A stretch of DNA of 64,000 bases from Hormiphora californensis (lineage: Eukaryota > Animalia > Ctenophora), in contig CM035353.1 in the NCBI GenBank assembly GCA_020137815.1, positions 4,836,001-4,900,000 on the forward strand. The letters run 5' to 3'. The notes under the pieces are model-generated. The model was given only the letters and a program-made list of their open reading frames with translations. It searched no databases and had not been told where the DNA came from. This document shows positions 1 to 10,018 of this stretch, one piece after another. Both the position numbers and the translations under genes were made by a program. How positions within the stretch are numbered: the stretch's first letter is position 1; the number at the start of each line of letters is the position of its first letter.

Positions 1-120
1 ACTTACAGCAGTTTACAGCAGTTTACAGCTCCTTCCAGTTCCCATGAAGATTTCAAGATTTTCCAAGCAGAGTTCAAGATATTATTTATTATATTAATAT
101 TTTGAAGATCATAAAGTTTC

Positions 121-186
121 TAAAGAGTTTCTTTTAAGTTTTTAAAGAGTTTCTTTTAAGTTTTTAAAGAGTTTCTTTTAAGTTTT
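121..186. repeat. 22-bp tandem repeat, 3 copies
   Basis: taaagagtttcttttaagtttt repeated three times. Confidence 0.9.
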
Positions 187-800
187 ACAGCCCAAACAAA
201 TGTTTATTCAGTTCCGAAAGTGGTACAACAAAAAACAGTTATTTGATTGTTTGTTTGGTTGTTACTCTGTCTGTCTTTCAGTCTGTCTATCTGTCTATCA
301 GTCGGTCTGTCTTTCAATCTGTCGGTCGATTTGTTTGTTAATGTCGTATAAAGTTTCCAGTCCCAGAAACCAGAAAGGCTTCAGTATACATAGTACCCAG
401 TACAGCAATACAGTTACAGCTCGTCCAGTTGCATTTTCATTTATCAGAATACAGATGAATGAAAAAGCAAAAATTTATGAAGGAGGATATGTTGAGTTAT
501 GGTTTTATAGTTTGAGGAAGAAAAGGTGTAAATATTTGACAGTATATATTCAGACAAGTATGAAGAGAAAGTAGATATTGGACGTGTGGCAGGTGCATGT
601 TGGTAAGGGTGCGGAGGATCAAGTCACCCCATGAAGAGGATCGAGACCTAGAGGATCAGAACCCAGCCGTGGCAGGGTATAGAAGTAGTTCAGTCTCCTC
701 GCAGTGCATATCCCCACGTCATCGAGGATGGCAATCAGCCGATTGTTTAACAGGAGGCACTAGTCGCAGACACAAGGACTTTGTTTAGAGATCGAGGAAG

Positions 801-1367
801 ATGTTTAAACTCAAGACCACGTCACGGCGGAATATAAAAACGGGAAAGAAGAGGATCAGGGGACTCTCACTCTCTCACGACGAAGAGGAGGCCATCAGAG
901 AGTTAATGGCTATCAGGAAGGAACGGGTACAACAACTTCAGGTACTGAAGGAGGAGGATGAGAGAAGGGAAAGGGATAGAAAGGAGGAGGAGGAGGAGAG
1001 GGAGAGGATTAGGGCCCGAGAGGAGGAGAGGGAGCGTCAAAGGAAGGAGGAGGCAAGACTCAATCAGGAGAGGGAGGCCCGGGTTAGGGCAGCGGGTAAA
1101 ACCCCAACCAAGAGTGCGGCATATAATCTATACGCTGCCAGGGTGCAACAACATATGCTAACAAAAGCGCAAGGGGAGGCGCTCCAGGAGGCCGTGAAGA
1201 GGCAGGACGTGGCCGAGGTGGTGGACATTGTGCTGAACCATCTGAGGATTGCGAATCCGCTAACTTGTAGTATATTATTAGTATATATTTTTAATATGCA
1301 TGTAACACGATACACCTGTGATACACCTGTGATGTGCCCTGATGTGGTAGCACTAGCACTCAGTTAA
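801..1367 (+). CDS. Hypothetical Glu/Arg-rich coiled-coil protein, no recognised domain
   Basis: 188-codon ATG ORF with a charged helical middle (EEDERRERDRKEEEEERER) and a non-repetitive segment after it; may be a decayed mobile-element ORF. Confidence 0.3.
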   Translation: MFKLKTTSRRNIKTGKKRIRGLSLSHDEEEAIRELMAIRKERVQQLQVLKEEDERRERDRKEEEEERERIRAREEERERQRKEEARLNQEREARVRAAGKTPTKSAAYNLYAARVQQHMLTKAQGEALQEAVKRQDVAEVVDIVLNHLRIANPLTCSILLVYIFNMHVTRYTCDTPVMCPDVVALALS

Positions 1368-1390
1368 ATGGTTTATTACCACCTGCTGAA

Positions 1391-1480
1391 TCTACCATCA
1401 TCGAGTAGTTTTCATTATCATCTACCATCATCGAGTAGTTTTCATTATCATCTATCTTCATCAAGTAGTTTTCACTGCAC
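1391..1480. repeat. 30-bp tandem repeat, about 3 copies
   Basis: tctaccatcatcgagtagttttcattatca twice, plus one diverged copy. Confidence 0.85.
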
Positions 1481-1675
1481 TATCATTTACCTTCATCGAG
1501 TAGCATGGACCACTATCGAATATCGTACTATATATACAGAGACACAAGAGTTTATTTTAGCCCCCGCCACTGCAACCACTTCTCTTGTACCTGTTGTAAA
1601 CTATTTCATAGTTTGTACCCAAAAACACTGCGTTCTCTAACTGTTTACCTAAACCTTCGCGGACCTGTTAAATCT

Positions 1676-1763
1676 ATCTTCACCGATCTGTCAACCTACC
1701 TTCACCAATCTGTTAACCTACCTTCACCGATCTGTCAACCCACCTGCACGGATCCAACACCTG
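1676..1763. repeat. 22-bp tandem repeat, 3-4 copies
   Basis: accttcaccgatctgtcaacct-like units. Confidence 0.8.
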
Positions 1764-3025
1764 TCCACTTAAACCTTCGTCAGCCACAACCTACACAGTC
1801 ACCGACACACGGACCAGGTAACGAACTAAGGGGTTAACACTAGACGACTCGTGACAAAGTATGACACAAAACACTACAAACTCAAGAGTTAACACGGTGT
1901 CACCGGTACGGGCAATATGGCCACGTGATGGGAATCTGCGGCGCCGGATACGATATACGGAAGACCGGGTCACCGGAGTAAGACATTTGTTGTACTGTTC
2001 ATACTGCGGGTCGGTGCAACAGCACAAGACATTTGGGGTTCCCCAGCACTAGCAAGCGCTTTATTAATTCTGCACACGGTTCCCTGTGTACACCATCATT
2101 GCCAATCAATCATTATAATGATTGATGGGCAATAATGCATTATATCTTGGTTCCATTGTTCCAACCATCTCCAAATAATGCATTATATTTATAAATCAGA
2201 TTATCTATTTTATTTTCATGCAGGAAACTGCTTTGTTTACTATACACGACCCCTACCTCCCTGTAGTAGCAACCCATCTAATTAACCAAACGTAACCCAC
2301 ACTCAATGTCCCCTTGTCTGTTTGTAAACAACCCTCTCCCTATAAAGAACCGACAAAGCAGTATGTCAGAACAAGCAATGCAGAACTTCATCGAGGGACT
2401 GCAGTTAGGGGAGAGTCAGAAGGAAACCCTGGCAAAGATAAACTTTGTCAGCTACAAGTACAGAAGATAGAGGCAATGTTTGAACAAACGGATGAAGCTT
2501 AATTATTTTAGAAACTAATTTACTAGACAAATAATGATCCGAAGCGGTAGGTTTTTATTGACCACCCAGGAAAACACAAACAAAACAATGGTATATCTGC
2601 AGCACTCACATCAAATAACTTAAAATTGTTTGTGTGTAAACACTAATTGACTAATCGGCTAATTGACTGTTAGTTAGTAAAGAATAGCAGGAAGCATATT
2701 ATACGAGAGGGTTCACTAAATATGAGGGATGGTAACTTCTTTACCATGTTATTCAGGCTGACATAAACGAGTGACATGAGAGTTGAGTTAACTCAAACAG
2801 AGGATCGCACAAAGAGAAGTGAGAGCAAGTGAGAGAGGGGCTTGCAATTACGTTCAACGTGTACAATTCTCACTAGCAGTGCACGATAGCAGCTGCTGAA
2901 ATGGCCCTGAGGCGTGCCATGTGGTGTAAAGGAGAGAGAACTGAGTTATTAGACAAAGACTGAGAGGGTTAAATATCAATGTGGCCATTTGACCATATAT
3001 GGGAGAGAGGGAAAGAAAGAGAGAT

Positions 3026-3028
<3 letters not shown>

Positions 3029-3102
<74 letters not shown>

Positions 3103-3419
3103 AAGAGAGAGAACAAAAAAAACAGACTAGATAGAGTGTGTGAGAGAGAGAGAGAGAAAGAAAGATAGTAAGACAGATAGAGAGGGGGGAAATAATAGAC
3201 ACAAACTAGAGGGATAAAGAGAGATCAGGGAGACAGCTCAAGGATCTTGTCAACACTGAGATGACAGAGAGAACAAAAGAAACAGACTAGATAGAGAGTG
3301 TGTGTGAGAGAGAGAAAGAAAGATAGTAAGACAGATAGAGAGGGGGGAAATAATAGACACAAACTAGAGGGATAAAGAGAGAGGGAGACAGCTCAATGAT
3401 GACAATCTTGTCAACACTG
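3029..3419. repeat. (GA)n microsatellite followed by a ~160-bp tandem duplication
   Basis: (GA)n at 3029-3098; block gagagaacaaaa...acagactagatagag...tcttgtcaacactg present twice (about 3106-3258 and 3268-3419). Confidence 0.9.
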
Positions 3420-3555
3420 TTATGTCAACACTGATAGGAGACGACAAAGGCTCGCGCGAGAAGGTTTAGAAATATCACCTCGCGCGTTCCTGACAAGAGG
3501 TCAATCAGGGTCGTATATTGGGACCGAGTTGGGAGACAGGTGACTGATGTATAAT

Positions 3556-3716
3556 TGGGGGAATTGTTTGGGGGAATAGTGGGGGGGGGGAATAGTGGGG
3601 GGGGGGAATAGTGGGGGGAAAATAGTGGGGGGGGGGGGGAATAGTGGGGGGGGGGGGGGTAGTGGGGGGGGGGGGAATAGTGGGGGGGAATAGTGGGGGG
3701 GGGGAATAGTGGGGGT
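3556..3716. repeat. G-run minisatellite (Gn-AATAGT)n
   Basis: About 9-10 G-tracts of 5-14 nt separated mostly by aatagt. Confidence 0.9.
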
Positions 3717-4120
3717 CCTGCAACACCACGCACACTTTAAATGATATTTTAAATATCAGACACTCAATTAACGGGATTTGTGTCACGTGACATATAGATA
3801 GATAGACATATTAGGGAGAATGATTAGACGTGTGAATACTGATTACTCACCAAGTCATATGTGCTACCCCTCTTATCTGTTCTTTCTCTGTAGAGTCCTC
3901 CCTAGGCCACATGAACTGCCAAGTGCCGTGGTTGTCGATCCTTCAAAACATCTGGGATGGGTATCAGTGTGAGTTTCTGTGTTTATATAATCCTAGCCCG
4001 ATCTATGTTTTATACGGAGTGTCAAAGTGACATTATAAAATCACCATTCTCGGAAATATCAGCAATTTTCATCTGTTCATCGTGTTAAAGGACCACTTGG
4101 TGCTTGGTGGTCTTGGCAAC

Positions 4121-4204
4121 AACCAATCAGAGCTCGTTATTTAGGTCACGTGACTGGTTATCAGCCAATCAGGGACCAGTATTTCCTGATTTGGTCGGTT
4201 CCTG
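4121..4204. mobile_element. 84-bp interspersed element flanked by a 25-bp direct repeat (SINE-like or truncated retroposed copy)
   Basis: cttggtgcttggtggtcttggcaac (4096-4120) and cttggtacttggtggtcttggcaac (4205-4229), one mismatch; no TIRs. Confidence 0.75.
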
Positions 4205-4936
4205 CTTGGTACTTGGTGGTCTTGGCAACTTGATAATTGACATGATGCTATAATATGGAGAAGTTTGTTAGAAAATAACCAGCTGGATTAGGTAATTAGT
4301 ATATAATAGGTTGTTATGTTCTAACCCTCCCTTTACATTTGGGGCGTGCGAAAAACAGTCTAACTTGGCAAATAATAGGGACATTATATAGAAAGATAAG
4401 GGTAATGGTTATTCGTTATCACGGAGGAATATGTCAGGAATACCAGTATTGCACTATCATGTAGGATTTTCAGGATTTAGGAATTTACTTTAGACATTTT
4501 AGTTCTGAAAATAAGGTGGAGGGGGTTAATTTTCATAGCAGAAGCCTCCAAGAGCAATATAGCACTGTGAATTGCGTAGCCAAGACTAAACAATTCACAG
4601 TCCCATTGTGTGAGAAGTCAACTGTAGTACGTCAATCAGTTGCCAAAAGGCGTATCTACAGTGTCTAGATCTGTCATGGGTGGGGATTCTTTTTTATTCT
4701 CACACACATTTTTTTCTCACTTCATTTTTCTGACATCCCTCTTTCTTTTTTTAACTTTTACTACCTCACATTCGATCATGTATTTTTCCGTTTTTTTTTG
4801 CCGAGGAGGAAGAAACATACAGAAATATTTCAATAATATCTACTCAATACCCTATCTTTCATGACCCCGTCTCAAAAGATCCATATTCAAATCCATTTCA
4901 TCCATCACTAGCAACTACACACATAATAACATGCTA

Positions 4937-5492
4937 CTCAGAGAAGGCCTTGGAAAACAATAGTGTTTTTAGATCAGTTTTGAACCCCTGTAAAGTCCTA
5001 GATCGACGGAGCTCCCGCGGAAGATTGTTCCATAGCTTAGGCCCTGATACACTGAAAGCCCTTTCCGTTGTTTTGTATTTGGGATGCGGAGTTTCAAGAA
5101 GAAGATCATCATAATCTGCATGAAGTGTCATTGGTTTTTTCTTCCTCTTTTCCAGAAGGCCACTTAGGTATTCAGGTGCCAGGCCGTTCAGTTGGTGACG
5201 CAGTCACCCTTACAACTCGCGCGCGTAGCGCGCGAAAACGAAGCCCGCGAAGCATCACCAAGCCGTTCAGGCATTTATAGACCAAAACACAAGTTTTAAA
5301 GTTGATCCTTTCACTCACTGGTAGGAAATGTAGTGCCTTACGCAACGTCGTTGTGCCTTGCCACCTCCTCTGTCCGAAAATGAATCTAGCTGCCACATTT
5401 TGTACCTTTTGTAACTCAGCAACATTCCGTTTAGTCATCCCAGACATCAGAAAATTGCAGTAGTTTATTTTTGAATGAACTAAGCTGCATAC
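4937..5492 (-). pseudogene. LINE (L2/CR1 group) ORF2 C-terminal fragment, disrupted
   Basis: LVHSKINYCNFL, LQKVQNVAARFI, LHFLPVSERINFKTCVLVYKCLNGLAPEYLS (after removing the 70-bp insert), RAFSVSGPKLWNNLP, FKTDLKTLLF: typical L2-type RT tail motifs. Confidence 0.9.
5192..5261. mobile_element. 70-bp micro-MITE, 10-bp TIR, 9-bp TSD (Mutator-like signature)
   Basis: Ends ttggtgacgc / gcatcaccaa; gccgttcag at 5183-5191 and 5262-5270; excision restores the LINE frame KCLNGLAPEYL. Confidence 0.85.
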
Positions 5493-5660
5493 ATCATCAT
5501 CATCAATAAAAAAATAAACATTTAATATCCCGCTTTATAGCATATTGGTAAGATAACACTTAAAAAAGACAAAACTTTATGGCTACCTTTCTACTTTCAA
5601 AAGTGGTTTTACTCTACTATGATCAATAAATTAAAGTCCAGAGCTAGTTTATATAAATGT

Positions 5661-6430
5661 TCAAGAGTCCCTTGGTGCTTCTAACACCATCTTTCCACGG
5701 ATTATGTAGTGAGTTCCAGGAGACCGCTTTACCTTCTCCTTCAGTTCAACAACCAGCTTCTTTCGCTCTTTCCGTTCTTCTAATGTTCTATCAGGAGAGA
5801 TAAAACTTGTCGTTCCCTTTCAGCAGGGATTTCTTCAACAGGATCGACATTTGAGCGTCTCTGCTCCTCAGCACGACTTTTACAGGTCTAGCAGATGAGG
5901 ACTGCTTTCCCAAGCGCTCGGCAGATTTCATTTTCGGAGCCTCTTCAAGCTCAGTAACAGGAGACTTTATTTGAGTTTCAATTTCAGCACTCTCTTCCAA
6001 GCCATGGATGATAATATTACACCCACGGTCCTCAGAGGCAGCCACAAATTGTGAAGAAGATTCAGTCAGCGATTGTGGCATCGCTGACTGAATCTTCTTC
6101 GGTGCCAGAGCACTAGCACATTCCTTCTCCAGGACAGAAGCAAAACTCTTTATTTCTTGCTGTGCTGTTGACTGCACAGCTGTTATCTCAACCTCCCTCT
6201 TTTCTAGTAACTGCCTCTGGATCTTCAGTAGTTCCTCCTGTGCTGCTACAAGATTTTTTTGGGTTTTGATAAGCTCTTTACTATGACCTTTGAGCTCCTT
6301 CTCATACTTTTTCATCAACGTAGTTTCATACCCCATATGTGACAACTGTTCACCCACTGGGAAGCTCTGTTCAATGAGAATACGGCATGCACTGCACTCT
6401 CCACAAGGCCTAAGAGCACTAGCATCGTCC
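5661..6430 (-). pseudogene. LINE ORF1-like fragment (coiled coil plus RRM/Tnp22-like region), frameshifted, 5'-truncated
   Basis: RGCNIIIHGLEE, ERLGK, RPVKVVL, then after a frameshift SPDRTLEERKERKKLVVELK: CR1/L2 ORF1 motif pattern. Confidence 0.75.
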
Positions 6431-6472
6431 GCATCGTCCGCATGGCAGAGCCGCCACTGTTTTACGTTGTAG

Positions 6473-7055
6473 CAGGGACGGCGCTCGTGGGTGTCCGGGT
6501 GTCCGCGGACACCCAAACCAGAAAGACAGAAAGAGAAGAGAAGAAAAAATCGAAAAAAACAAAAAGAATTTGAAAAAAATCTATGAAAACTGCGAAATTT
6601 TGGATTTGCGCGCAGCCGGGTGTCTGGAGCTCTGCCGGACACCCAGGTGCACTGTGCACACCTGTAAAGCACCGCAGAGCATAAAGAGGGTTCTTCCACG
6701 CACCACAGTGCATTTTGACGTGACCACGGTGTCCAGTTCACCCAGAAAATTGTGTGTGCGTGCGGATGGTTTTTTATCTCGTAATCAGGAAACTTTCATT
6801 TTTTTTCCATTTTTCACAAAAGGAGTTCAGAAATGCTTAAAATCGTTTAAATACGCCTAAAAATGCCCGAAATTTTCGGGGGGCTTCGCCCCTCAACCCC
6901 CACCGGGGCTTGCAGCCCCTGCATCCTGCCTGCGGGGGCTCTGCCCCCTACGCCCCCGCCGCGGCTGCGCCCCTGGACCCTGCTTGTGGGGGGGGGGTTT
7001 CACCCCCACACCCCCTGACCGAGGCTTTCGCACCTGGCCCCGGACACCGTCCCTG
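6473..7055. mobile_element. Non-autonomous hAT-like element (583 bp)
   Basis: CAGGGACGG...CCGTCCCTG termini; 8-bp TSD cgttgtag/cgttgtat (7 of 8 match); GC-rich subterminal motifs. Confidence 0.8.
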
Positions 7056-7753
7056 CGTTGTATTTGATGAAAGTGTGAATACCAATATTGTCCTAAGCTT
7101 TCGAGACAGCTTTCCAGCAATTTGTCACAGGTTAAGCAGAGTAGATGTGCTGGCAGGCGCTGTCTAGAGGTAGCGTAGAAATCATATCATTAACTTTGTT
7201 TGACAAAACTGAACCTGCGTGCTATCGAGATTGGTAGCACACACTCGTGATTGGGTGAGACAGACAGTGTCGGTGCAAGTCACCGGGGTCAAGCAAGGGA
7301 CCGTATTGAGTGCTATTATCGTTGCTTGTCACATCCAATAGTCGGACTGCCACATGGTTCGAGAAATAGCCGCGCTGACGTCGAAAAAAAAAAGAAAAGC
7401 AGAGTAGATTAATATGACTTCACCAAAGTCGTGCCCAATGTCAACTTATTTCGAAAGGCATTAGACTCTGAAAATTTCTTAAAAAAGGCATTATTTTCTG
7501 ACTAAAAAGTGTTGGCAATATTAGATATATATATATATATATATATATTAGATATAATAGTACATAGAAGACATTAGTTAACAGTTAATTCGTTTATTCG
7601 GGCATCTGTTTAAATAATGCCTAATAATGCCATCTTGAGACTCTGTTGAAATTTGTCAATTTTGCATGAATTTAGTGCTTGGAATGATTTTATAGAGCCC
7701 CAGGGAACCATTCCCTATCATTTTGAATCAAAATCTGGCGAATTTTGAAGAAA

Positions 7754-8201
7754 AATTTCAGCACTCTCTTCCAAGCCATGGATGATAATATTACACCCAC
7801 GGTCCTCAGAGGCAGCCACAAATTGTGAAGAAGATTCAGTCAGCGATTGTGGCATCGCTGACTGAATCTTCTTCGGTGCCAGAGCACTAGCACATTCCTT
7901 CTCCAGGACAGAAGCAAAACTCTTTATTTCTTGCTGTGCTGTTGACTGCACAGCTGTTATCTCAACCTCCCTCTTTTCTAGTAACTGCCTCTGGATCTTC
8001 AGTAGTTCCTCCTGTGCTGCTACAAGATTTTTTTGGGTTTTGATAAGCTCTTTACTATGACCTTTGAGCTCCTTCTCATACTTTTTCATCAACGTAGTTT
8101 CATACCCCATATGTGACAACTGTTCACCCACTGGGAAGCTCTGTTCAATGAGAATACGGCATGCACTGCACTCTCCACAAGGCCTAAGAGCACTAGCATC
8201 G
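7754..8201 (-). repeat. Near-exact copy of ORF1 segment 5980-6427 inserted between 42-bp direct repeats
   Basis: Sequence matches 5980-6427; tccctatcattttgaatcaaaatctggcgaattttgaagaaa at 7712-7753 and 8202-8243. Confidence 0.9.
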
Positions 8202-9379
8202 TCCCTATCATTTTGAATCAAAATCTGGCGAATTTTGAAGAAACATTTTTTTAATAATTTAATTTTTTAATTAAGTTAATTATAAAATAGGTTAATTGTT
8301 CTAATTTGTGACATATTAACTCTCCCTATTTTATTTTATGTGACCCTTTTAATGCTTGTCTATCTCGTAGAATCGTTTTCTAAGCTAAAAAACAGTTATG
8401 AGTGATAAACTAAGGAGGGCATTATTTGGATTCTGGAGTCCCAATAATGCCCCCAGAGTCCCAATAATGCCCCAGAGTCCCTCAGAGTCCCAATTAACAC
8501 GCAAAAATAATGCCTTAGAATCTCAGAATCCCATGAAATCTGATACCTACCATACAGTACCTTATTAGCACGAGCTAATTAGAGGGAGAGAGAGGAAGTG
8601 AGAGAGAGCGAGAGAGAGACAGAGGGAAAGACAGAAAGAGAGAGAGGGAGAGAGAGATAGAGATAGACAGAGAGAAAGAGAGAGAAGAATAGAGGAGAGA
8701 GGGAGAGAGTGAGGGGAGAAACAGCTGTATAAGTTCTTGTTTTGGGTTCACATTACACTGTAATTTACAGACAAATGTGTGTGATTGGGGAACTAGGCTT
8801 GGCATTATTTTGGCATTATTTTGGCATTATTTTCTCTAAAAGCATTGGAAATTAGATTCGCATATTCGTGGTTTTTTGACACTGGGAAGCCGTGACGTGC
8901 TCATCTTCGCCGAACTCGTTACCAGTGAGGGCCCACTTTGGCATACGCTAGAGCCTAGAGGCCCCTAAAATAGGGGTGTGGGGCTGCGAGCATGCGGGGG
9001 CTCCGGGCAGCAGTTTGGCAAACGTAGCGTGGGGTAAGGCAGCGCTTTTCAAGGCAGCAGTGGATTCTAAACGCGGACGCGACGTGAACAAAAAAGAACT
9101 CGACATGAACGAAAATAAAAAATCGAGCTTGGATTTTTAGGGAAAATGGCGCGCGTATTTGCGCGGCGTTTATTTTGGTTTTGCGCGTGACGACGCATTA
9201 AAATTTGACGACGCGCACTGTTTTTTGTCCCGTTCCACCGCCTGCACCGGATTTTTTAAGCACAGTCGTGTTCCTTCCATTTTTAAGGTTAGGGCTAAAG
9301 TTGGCATGCGCTGCAGACCCCAAGTGCGCGCGTTTTCCACGGCTTCTTTAGGGCCTGTAGCATAGGCCAAGGGCTAAAG

Positions 9380-9605
9380 TAAAGTCGGATTTTTTGAAAC
9401 TGTCACCCCCCTGAAATAACAAAATTTGCCATATCTCCGGTTCCTGATAAGATAGAGACTTGAAATTTGGAGGTTCGGAAGAACTTAGCAAGATCTTCGT
9501 AACCTCCAAATTTCAAGTCTCTATCTCGTCAGGAACCGGATTTATGGTCATTTACGAAGTTTGAAAATACCCAGGGGGGTGACAGTTTCAAAAAATCCGA
9601 CTTTA
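9380..9605. mobile_element. Palindromic MITE-like element (~226 bp)
   Basis: Outer IR taaagtcggattttttgaaactgtcacccccctg / caggggggtgacagtttcaaaaaatccgacttta plus an inner IR (tccggttcctga...gatagagacttgaaatttggaggtt); no clear TSD. Confidence 0.75.
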
Positions 9606-9612
9606 GTGTAGG

Positions 9613-9816
9613 ATAGGGATCCCTAAAAAAGTTCAGTATTTACACAGCGTTTACACCAGAGCGCTGTGATTGGCTGAAATTTCTGACGATGGAAAATTTA
9701 AGCCAATCACAGCGCAGATTTCAAAATTTTTCTTCCCACGTTACCGTGGGAAAAACTGAAATGGCTTAACTGGTGTAAACGCTGTGTAAATACTGAACTT
9801 TTTTAGGGATCCCTAT
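9613..9816. mobile_element. 204-bp MITE, 47-bp perfect TIR, 4-bp TSD
   Basis: atagggatccctaaaaaagttcagtatttacacagcgtttacaccag and its reverse complement; tagg at 9609-9612 and 9817-9820. Confidence 0.9.
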
Positions 9817-10018
9817 TAGGGCTGGTGTTTGATTTAGGGTTAGGCCTTGACATTTCCTACCAGATAAACTTTGGATTAGCCAAAACGGTTGAGTGGTTTG
9901 GCGGTTAAAGTGGAAGAAACAAAACAAAAAATAAAGTAATTTCAGTGCCTTCTTCATCGGTTCCTCAAGCTAGGGTTCCCTTCAATCCTCAGGTCATCAG
10001 TTCGGTGTGCGCCAAATT

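Noticed and set aside
3425-3786. Extensin-like proline-rich ORFs
   Set aside because: Reverse complement of the G-run repeat
6430-6741. N-terminal part of the 316-aa ORF 5791-6741
   Set aside because: Runs through the hAT-like MITE and adjacent sequence; chance in-frame fusion to the ORF1 fragment
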